DNA from: Bacteroidota bacterium
GTDB taxonomy: Bacteria; Bacteroidota; Bacteroidia; AKYH767-A; OLB10
Reading direction: 5' to 3'
DNA length: 63,888 bases
NCBI GenBank assembly: GCA_024638565.1
Contig: JAHEKC010000006.1
Location: forward strand, 1-63,888
Made by a program: the position numbers and the translations under genes. The notes beneath the pieces are model-generated. The model did no database searches and was not told where the DNA came from. It saw only the letters and a program-made list of their open reading frames with translations. Positions within the stretch are counted from its first letter, which is position 1, and every line of letters starts with the position of its first letter. This document shows, piece by piece, positions 35,855-42,269 of the stretch.

Positions 35855-36895
35855 ATGCGCCGCATTACTATCCTCCTGCTTCTGGCCGCCGGACCATTGG
35901 CCACGCGCGCCCAGACCGGCGGAAATAACACCTACGAGTTTTTGAACCTCTCTTCCCCGGCGCGTGTCGCGGCACTGGGCGGACATGTGCTCACGATCCG
36001 GGATAACGATCTCAACCTCGCCTTCGGCAATCCCGGCCTGCTGAATGACTCGATGAGCAGGACCATCGCCTTAAACTACGTACCCTACTTCGCGGATATC
36101 AAATACGGGTATGCGGCCTATGCCCATCACTTCGACAGCCTGGGGACGTTCGCCGCGGGGATTCACTACGTGGATTACGGCACCTTCCAGGGCGCCGATG
36201 AAACGGGAGCACTCACGGGCACGTTCACCGCGGGTGAATATTCCTTCAACCTGTCCTATGCCCGGCCGGTGTACCAGCGTATTCATGCCGGCGTCACGCT
36301 CAAGACCATTTACTCCAGGCTGGAAACCTATACCTCGACCGGCTTTGCGGCGGATTTGGGCGCCAGCTACGTGAGCGCGGATAACAACTTCGGCCTCGGG
36401 CTTACGATAAAAAATATAGGCATGCAGCTGACTTCCTACCGCCCCGGGAACCGGGAGCCGCTTCCGTTCGAAATCCAGGCGGGCATCTCCTACCGGCTGC
36501 CGAAGGCACCCCTCAGGCTGGCCATGGTGCTGCAGCACCTTGAAAAGTGGAACCTGGGATACGTCGACCCCGCACGGGCCGTGGAGGTGGATCCCATTTC
36601 CGGCGACACCACCTTCAATACGGTTTCCTTTTTCGAGAAGGTCATGCGGCATGTGGTAGTGAATGCAGAGATCCTGATCACGAAGAATTTTCACCTGCGC
36701 ATCGGGTATAACTATATGCGGCGCGCCGACCTCAACCTGGAAACGCACAAGTCCATTTCAGGTTTTTCAGGCGGCTTCGGATTCCGCATTAACCGCTTTC
36801 ACCTGAGCTACGCCCGTGCGGCATATCACGTGGCGGGAGGTTCCAATCACTTTTCGATTTCAACTAACCTGGATACGTTCGGAAAGAAAAAATAG
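35855..36895 (+). CDS. porQ: type IX secretion system outer-membrane protein PorQ
   Basis: A signal peptide, then QTGGNNTYEFLNLSSPARVAALGG, which matches my recollection of the PorQ N-terminus. The protein is a beta-barrel-like alternating sequence ending in an aromatic-rich C-terminus. Confidence 0.65.
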   Translation: MRRITILLLLAAGPLATRAQTGGNNTYEFLNLSSPARVAALGGHVLTIRDNDLNLAFGNPGLLNDSMSRTIALNYVPYFADIKYGYAAYAHHFDSLGTFAAGIHYVDYGTFQGADETGALTGTFTAGEYSFNLSYARPVYQRIHAGVTLKTIYSRLETYTSTGFAADLGASYVSADNNFGLGLTIKNIGMQLTSYRPGNREPLPFEIQAGISYRLPKAPLRLAMVLQHLEKWNLGYVDPARAVEVDPISGDTTFNTVSFFEKVMRHVVVNAEILITKNFHLRIGYNYMRRADLNLETHKSISGFSGGFGFRINRFHLSYARAAYHVAGGSNHFSISTNLDTFGKKK

Positions 36896-36898
36896 TTG

Positions 36899-36919
36899 GT
36901 TTGTTTGTTTGTTTGTGTG
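36899..36919. repeat. (GTTT)4(GT)n microsatellite immediately 3' of the porQ stop
   Basis: ggtttgtttgtttgtttgtgtg read directly from the sequence. Confidence 0.9.
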
Positions 36920-37010
36920 CAGCTTCTGTTTACCCGGCCGACTGAAATTACCGTTTGTCCCTGCCTGACGGCAGACAGGGGTTTCTGTGTCGAAGCGCGA
37001 AATGCTATTC

Positions 37011-37041
37011 AAAAAAACCGCCCTGACATGAAGGACAGGGC
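37011..37041 (-). terminator. probable rho-independent terminator of era
   Basis: On the minus strand gccctg-tccttcatgt-cagggc is followed by ggttttttt. Confidence 0.55.
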
Positions 37042-37089
37042 TGGCAAAGGGTTCAATCAAAGGCAATCAGATCCTGGGAAACACCTGCC

Positions 37090-37122
37090 GACTGCCACTG
37101 CGACTGCTACTGCGACTGCCAC
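37090..37122 (-). repeat. (GTN-GCA)5 hexanucleotide repeat starting at the first base after the era stop codon
   Basis: The minus strand reads taa gtg gca gtc gca gta gca gtc gca gtg gca gtc ggc. Confidence 0.9.
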
Positions 37123-38016
37123 TTATCTCCCCCCGTACCCGAACCGCTTCAGTTTCTTCACATCATTGCGCCAGTTGTCGTTGACCTTGATGGTGACATC
37201 CAGGAAAACTTTCTTGTCCAGGAACTTTTCCATTTTGACGCGGGCGCGCGTGACGGTACGCTTGATGGCGTGGCCCTGGTGTCCCAGCAGGATGGCCTTT
37301 TGCGATTCCCGCATGACATAGACGGTGGCATAAATTTCCGCCAGCGTTTCCTTGTCGCGGAACGTACCTACCTCCACTTCCACGCTGTACGGAATCTCCT
37401 CGCGGTAGTTAAGCAGGATCTGTTCCCGGATGAGCTCTGCCACGAAAAAGCGTTCGTTGCGGTCGGTGAGTTCGTCTTCCGAATAGTAAGGCGGACTTTC
37501 AGGCAGTGCTTCGGTGATGGCCTCCAGCAATCCGTGCAGGTTAAAATGATGCTCGGCGGAAACCGGCACCACGGAGGCGTCCGGGTGATTTTGCTTGAGC
37601 TTTACGGCAAGGGCTTCGAGCGATTGCTGATTGGTCAGATCGATCTTGTTGAGCGCGATAACCAGGTGGAATTTCTTTTCGTTTGTGTCTTCGGGAAGCA
37701 TCAGCTGTTGTTCCGGGTTGCCGGCATCGATGATGTAGACAATCACGTCGCTGTCGCCGCAGGCCTCGCTGACTACATCCATCATTTTCTCATGCATGGC
37801 ATAGGCTGGTTCCAGGATGCCGGGTGTATCTGAAAAAACAGCCTGGTAGCCGGGCCCGTTGAGGATGCCCTTGATGCGGTGGCGGGTCGTCTGGGCACGC
37901 GGGGTGATGATGGCCAGGTCTTCGCCCACGAGTGCATTAAGCAGGGACGACTTCCCGGCATTGGGCCTGCCCACGAGGGCCACGAAACCGGCCCGGTGCG
38001 GGGATTTGTTATCCAT
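37123..38016 (-). CDS. era: GTPase Era
   Basis: ATG at 38016 gives MDNKSPHRAGFVALVGRPNAGKSSLLN (G1). DTPG (G3), NKID (G4) and a C-terminal KH domain are present. The track start at 38151 runs across the tRNA gene. Confidence 0.9.
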   Translation of the reverse strand: MDNKSPHRAGFVALVGRPNAGKSSLLNALVGEDLAIITPRAQTTRHRIKGILNGPGYQAVFSDTPGILEPAYAMHEKMMDVVSEACGDSDVIVYIIDAGNPEQQLMLPEDTNEKKFHLVIALNKIDLTNQQSLEALAVKLKQNHPDASVVPVSAEHHFNLHGLLEAITEALPESPPYYSEDELTDRNERFFVAELIREQILLNYREEIPYSVEVEVGTFRDKETLAEIYATVYVMRESQKAILLGHQGHAIKRTVTRARVKMEKFLDKKVFLDVTIKVNDNWRNDVKKLKRFGYGGR

Positions 38017-38085
38017 CGTCTTCTCTTTCAAGGGGCTGCAAATTAACTTAATTAACCGCAGGTTGGTATTGTGGTTTGGAAGGTA

Positions 38086-38093
38086 TACATTTG
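38086..38093 (+). promoter_or_regulatory. candidate -7 box (TACATTTG) of the tRNA-Met promoter, with TTG at 38063-38065 as a possible -33 element
   Basis: Exact TAnnTTTG ending 17 nt before the first tRNA base. A TTG lies 20 nt upstream of the box. Confidence 0.5.
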
Positions 38094-38100
38094 CACTCCT

Positions 38101-38108
38101 CAAAAATA
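38101..38108 (-). promoter_or_regulatory. candidate -7 box (TATTTTTG on minus strand) for era
   Basis: Exact TAnnTTTG on the minus strand about 85 nt upstream of the era ATG. It is divergent from the tRNA promoter. Confidence 0.3.
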
Positions 38109-38109
38109 T

Positions 38110-38181
<72 letters not shown>

Positions 38182-38186
38182 CGAAG

Positions 38187-38212
38187 AAAACCCGCGTTGC
38201 CGCGGGTTTTTT
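38187..38212 (+). terminator. rho-independent terminator after the tRNA
   Basis: aaaacccgcg-ttgc-cgcgggtttttt: GC-rich stem followed by a T6 run. Confidence 0.85.
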
Positions 38213-38242
38213 CATTTCAAAGCGGGAGAAAGCCTGCTTTCG

Positions 38243-38274
38243 GACGCGGAGAAAAGAAAAAACATGACACGCCG
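38243..38274 (-). terminator. possible terminator for the DUF3365 gene
   Basis: On the minus strand ggcacacc-ttc-ggcgtgtc (stem with one G-U pair and one mismatch) is followed by atgttttttcttttc. It lies about 180 nt after the stop codon. Confidence 0.35.
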
Positions 38275-38451
38275 AAGGTGTGCCGCGGAGGTGTACGTGA
38301 TCAGGATCGCAACCGAAGGAGGGTATGCAGCCCGTTAGGTGATCGTGAGTAACGAATAAAACCATTCAGGTCACAAGTCCCCTTTGTCTCCTGACCCCCT
38401 GTCATAGGCTACCGCCACAAACGTGACGTCCGGGTGGGGGTTGGCCCGCAC

Positions 38452-39021
38452 CTACTCCCTGTACACCAGGTGCCACACACCCCGCACATCACCTACCTTA
38501 AACCCGGTGGCATCGTCATCAGGGTATTGCACGGCAAGCTGCTCCAGCACAGCCGGGCGGATTTCGGTCTCCGGGTTGCCATGGCAGGATATACAGGCGC
38601 CCTGCAAAATGATGGGCCTGAAATAATGTGTTTTGCCCCCGTGCGTCACCACGCGCGATGACAGGGGTTTTCCTTCCCGCTTCAGCGCGATGAGCGCTTC
38701 CATGATGACCGCCTCCAGGCTGTCGGCGGCATTTTCCGGATTACGCACGCGCAAAGCGGCGCGGGAAATGGATTCGATATTTTCATTTTGATAGACCGAG
38801 GTAATGTCATGCGCATTCAGCCGGCAATAGTCAATGGCCCCGGCGACCCCTTCGGTAGCCATGGCAAGGCCCAGCGCACTCCTGAGCGTATCAAAGGTCA
38901 TGGTGGTAATGCTGTCACCAATGGCGAGGTAATCTTCCTCCCTGTTCGAATCATCGCACCCTGTCCCGGCTGACAGACCGAATAAGAGGATCAGGCATAA
39001 CCCTAAAGCTGGAATCTTCAT
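38452..39021 (-). CDS. DUF3365 (Tll0287-like) c-type haem-binding lipoprotein
   Basis: ATG at 39021 gives MKIPALGLCLILLFGLSAGTGC (lipobox). A single CxxCH motif (GACISCHGNP) lies near the C-terminus, as in DUF3365 domains. Confidence 0.6.
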   Translation of the reverse strand: MKIPALGLCLILLFGLSAGTGCDDSNREEDYLAIGDSITTMTFDTLRSALGLAMATEGVAGAIDYCRLNAHDITSVYQNENIESISRAALRVRNPENAADSLEAVIMEALIALKREGKPLSSRVVTHGGKTHYFRPIILQGACISCHGNPETEIRPAVLEQLAVQYPDDDATGFKVGDVRGVWHLVYRE

Positions 39022-39073
39022 TTTCAATATTAGTAATGATTTCCCATTCAAACCGGATTTACCCGAATTGACC

Positions 39074-39421
39074 CTACCTGTTTTGTTCCACCAGCACCCG
39101 CGCAGCAGCCCTGTATTGGGTACCCGCAAGGTTTACATTATACAATCCCGATGGCAGACCGGTAACATCGACCTCAAAGCCCAGCTTGCCTTTTGGCACG
39201 TCGAATTCCAGCACCCGTTGCATGCCGGTATTAAAAATCGTCAGCAGCCCTGCTTCGCCCATCGGCACTTCCCATGCCAGGAACATTTTCCCTGAAGCCG
39301 GGTTCGGGTATGCATGCAATGCCGGTTCAGGCACGCCATCCGCCAGCCTGGCATCAATGGGCTTTTGCGGCCTGGTGGTAAAAAGGCTCTTGGGTGACCA
39401 TGTCACGGGGTTTACCGTACC
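39074..39421 (-). pseudogene. remnant: isolated T9SS type-A C-terminal sorting domain without signal peptide or passenger domain
   Basis: HAYPNPASGKMFLAWEV...LLTIFNTGMQRVLEFDVPKGKLGFEVDVTGLPSGLYNVNLAGTQYRAAARVLVEQ is a Por_Secre_tail-like CTD. The upstream part of the ORF is R/W/G-rich and looks like non-coding sequence. Confidence 0.55.
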
Positions 39422-39471
39422 CGGGCTTTGAACAGTTTGCCACCTGCCCTTCCACCGGCAACCAGTTGTAG

Positions 39472-39738
39472 CTGGCCGCCCCGGAGGTAAACCCCACCTC
39501 ACTTTCGCCCGATTACTTCAATGCCTGTGCCCTCACCAGCCTCGTGTCCGTGCCGCAGAATGCCTGGGGCGTCCAGCCTGCCCATGCCGGCGATGCATAT
39601 GTGGGCATTTATGCCATGCAACCCTCCACCGCGCCCGATATCAGGGAATATATCCGCATCCAGCTGGCCCAGCCACCGCCACCGGGCTGGTGGCGGAAAA
39701 GGTGGTCATCGGCGGAAAGCAATAGTTTTTATCTTTAA
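39472..39738 (+). pseudogene. remnant of the N-terminal region of a Bacteroidota surface protein, truncated at both ends
   Basis: The in-frame peptide SPDYFNACALTSLVSVPQNAWGVQPAHAGDAYVGIYAM...REYIRIQLAQP matches a conserved N-terminal pattern I recall (SPDYFN-x-C ... GVPQN ... G-D-A-Y-x-G-I ... REYI ... L-x-x-P-L). There is a stop directly upstream at 39469-39471, no signal peptide, and the frame ends after 88 codons. Confidence 0.5.
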
Positions 39739-39745
39739 TGTAGTC

Positions 39746-40162
39746 ATGAAGACAACAGGACTGATCTTCCTTATGTCCATCTCGCTTTTTGATTCGGCCC
39801 AAGCGCAACATTCCTCATCCAGCATTGCGCTGGTGGGCGGACGCCAGAACGGCGCGGAGATCGCAAGGCAGGATTTCATCGGCGCGAAATCGGTCACGCT
39901 CGGGAATTTTAAAGTCCAGGGACGCCTCGGGGATTCAGCGCATTACTGCAACCGGGTTACGTCGTTCCGCCTTCCCGTGGTCATCAAAGGTGCGGAACCG
40001 GCGGATTACCATAACCCGGACGGCAACAGGTTCACACCGGAGATGACGCGGGCGATCAGCACGGCCCCGCCCGGCAGCAAGGTTTATATCAAGTACATCC
40101 GATGCCGGGATCCTGATGAAAAAGAGTTCAGCCTTATGCCCCTGTACTATAAACTAAAATAG
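39746..40162 (+). CDS. small secreted protein resembling the C-terminal domain of GldM/PorM
   Basis: Signal peptide MKTTGLIFLMSISLFDSAQA. F-K-V...VTSFRL...G-N-R-F-T-P-E...PGSKVYIKYIRCRDPDEKEFSL follows the pattern of the last GldM domain as I remember it. Confidence 0.4.
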   Translation: MKTTGLIFLMSISLFDSAQAQHSSSSIALVGGRQNGAEIARQDFIGAKSVTLGNFKVQGRLGDSAHYCNRVTSFRLPVVIKGAEPADYHNPDGNRFTPEMTRAISTAPPGSKVYIKYIRCRDPDEKEFSLMPLYYKLK

Positions 40163-40192
40163 CCATCCGAAATAAACCATTAAACCAAAATC

Positions 40193-41653
40193 ATGAAAAC
40201 ACCATTTCCCTGTTGCCTTGCCCTGATTATATATGCAACCTGCCTGGCTGCGCCTAACCCATCCGCCGCCCAGTTCACATCCACCTGGGACCATGCGGTC
40301 GATCCATCGTCTGCCGACGATGACGCCAATGCCATTACCGTGGACCCGACCGGCGTTTTCATTGCCGGTTTCGACGCGGTGAACGGCGACAAGCGGCTGC
40401 GCATCGAGAAGCGTGAGCTGGCTACCGGCATGCCCGTGCTGAACTTCGGTCAGTCGGGCGTGGTGAACGTGGACCCCACGCCGAGCGACGATGTGGCCAA
40501 CGGCATTGTCACCGATGCCACAGGGGTGTACGTGACCGGCTCCGAGATGATCTGCCTGGGATGTGATACGAAGTGGTACATCGAAAAGCGGGATGCCGTC
40601 AACGGGGGGCTTGTGTGGTCACAAAACAGCAACCCCAGCATCAACCCCGACGGATCCAATGCCATCGCCATCGATGCAACGGGGGTTTATATATGCGGCA
40701 CCGTGGGCATCTCGTTTTTCAACTGGGCCTGGCGTGTGGAGAAGCGCACGCTGAACACGGGCGCCCTGATCTGGGGACATACCCTCGATGTCAGCAACCT
40801 GGGCGACACCCCCTACTCCATTGCGGTGGATGCCACGGGCGTGTACACGGTAGGGTTCGAATATTCAACCGGCAACCAGGCGTGGCGCATCGAAAAGCGG
40901 GACCTGGCTACCGGCACGGTGTTGTGGGCGCAGGTCAGCGATCCCGGTACGGCCGACGATTTCGCGACGGCAGTCGCCACGCATCCCTCCGGCATCCTGG
41001 TAGCCGGCGCGGACCTGAGCGGACCGAGTGCGCAGTGGCGCATCGAAAAGCGGGATACCGCCTCCGGTGCGCTCATCCCGTCGTTCGGCACCGGCGGCGT
41101 GGTGGTAAGCGATCCCAGTTCGGGACCTGACGAGCCGTGGGCCATGACGATTGACCACAACGAAGTTTTTGTTTCCGGTTTTGACGACCTGCCCGGCAAC
41201 CGGCAGTGGCGGATCGAGAAGCGTGATCCCTTCACCGGAGGGGTGGCATGCAGCACGTCCGTCAACCCGGGAACGGGCGAGGACCGTGCACTGGCCGTGG
41301 CCGCGGATACCAGTGGCGTGTACGTGGCCGGTACGGATGTCATATCCGCAAACAACGAATGGCGGATGGAAAAGTTCGACCGCTGCCCCGTAACCGTTTC
41401 CGTCGTACCTGTCTCACCTGATGCAGCGTTGGCCACCCGGCAGGACGGCAGTTCCCTGATCCTGCTTCACCCGAATATGAATGAAGGGACTGTTGTGTTG
41501 TACGGTCCTGCCGGCAGAAGGGCCATGCAGGCTTCACTGGGAAGCGGCGAAACCATTATCCGGACAAGCGGGCTGCCCACAGGTATTTACCTGCTGCAGA
41601 TCCGAAGTGCAGGCCGGGTATACAACCATATGGTGGCCATCGCCCGGCACTGA
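40193..41653 (+). CDS. secreted seven-repeat beta-propeller-like protein (delta-60-repeat-like) with T9SS type-A C-terminal sorting domain
   Basis: Signal peptide CCLALIIYATCLAAPNPSAAQ. There are seven units containing D-A-T-G-V-Y-x-x-G ... W-[RY]-[IV]-E-K-R-[DET]-x-x-x-G. The C-terminal LILLHPNMNEGTVVLYG...GLPTGIYLLQIRSAGRVYNHMVAI is CTD-like. Confidence 0.6.
   Translation: MKTPFPCCLALIIYATCLAAPNPSAAQFTSTWDHAVDPSSADDDANAITVDPTGVFIAGFDAVNGDKRLRIEKRELATGMPVLNFGQSGVVNVDPTPSDDVANGIVTDATGVYVTGSEMICLGCDTKWYIEKRDAVNGGLVWSQNSNPSINPDGSNAIAIDATGVYICGTVGISFFNWAWRVEKRTLNTGALIWGHTLDVSNLGDTPYSIAVDATGVYTVGFEYSTGNQAWRIEKRDLATGTVLWAQVSDPGTADDFATAVATHPSGILVAGADLSGPSAQWRIEKRDTASGALIPSFGTGGVVVSDPSSGPDEPWAMTIDHNEVFVSGFDDLPGNRQWRIEKRDPFTGGVACSTSVNPGTGEDRALAVAADTSGVYVAGTDVISANNEWRMEKFDRCPVTVSVVPVSPDAALATRQDGSSLILLHPNMNEGTVVLYGPAGRRAMQASLGSGETIIRTSGLPTGIYLLQIRSAGRVYNHMVAIARH
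40310..41383 (+). repeat. seven protein-level repeats of 50-59 aa, each ending in the (W)-x-[IVM]-E-K-[RF] motif
   Basis: E-K-[RF] motif at aa 72, 131, 183, 234, 285, 342 and 392 by my count. Confidence 0.75.
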
Positions 41654-41780
41654 GCATATTTCCCTAATTCCCTGATTATTCATACTTTTAAGCCTTCAAA
41701 CCGGGATCACACTAACCTGGCTCTCCCCGGAAAGATTTCTTGCACACTAAACCTTTGTTAACCCTTAAACCCCCTGTATT

Positions 41781-42239
41781 ATGAAAACCAAGTACCTGCT
41801 GGCCTCGCTCCTCGTGGCCTCTGTTTCGATTAATGCCTTCGTGCTCCTGACCGGGCACAAGCCGGCACCCGCTCCTGCCCCGGCTCCCGCGGCTGAATGC
41901 GACCTGCCGAGCTATTCATCACCCGTCGTGATTACATATGACGATGCCGTGACGTTCACCAACAACTACAGGGAACAGGCAGGTGAATCACCGGCTGAGG
42001 GCGGGTATATCACCGGCGACGCCATCCAGACCATATTTGACGGTACGGGCGCAAATGCACTGTACTACCGGTATGCAGTTGACAATACCGGGTCAGTACA
42101 GGACGGGAAGATTTTCCTGGTAATTTCCGGCGCCACGGTCACGTATGAAGACGGGAGTATTACCGGCGCCACCAAAACCGGTACTGACCTTCACACCAGC
42201 AACAATTGGTGCCCGCCGAACTGCGCACCATTGCGGTAA
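41781..42239 (+). CDS. small secreted/anchored hypothetical protein with (Pro-Ala)5 linker and C-terminal C-P-P-x-C motif
   Basis: Hydrophobic N-terminus LLASLLVASVSINAFVLL, then PAPAPAPAPA. The protein ends NNWCPPNCAPLR. Confidence 0.5.
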   Translation: MKTKYLLASLLVASVSINAFVLLTGHKPAPAPAPAPAAECDLPSYSSPVVITYDDAVTFTNNYREQAGESPAEGGYITGDAIQTIFDGTGANALYYRYAVDNTGSVQDGKIFLVISGATVTYEDGSITGATKTGTDLHTSNNWCPPNCAPLR

Positions 42240-42269
42240 ACTGCCAGATCAGCAAATCATCCAAAGGCC

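Noticed and set aside
36896-37321. ORF encoding ...LPTATATATATATYLPP...
   Set aside because: It is the reverse-strand reading of the hexanucleotide repeat and of the era 3' end, so it is an artefact of the microsatellite.
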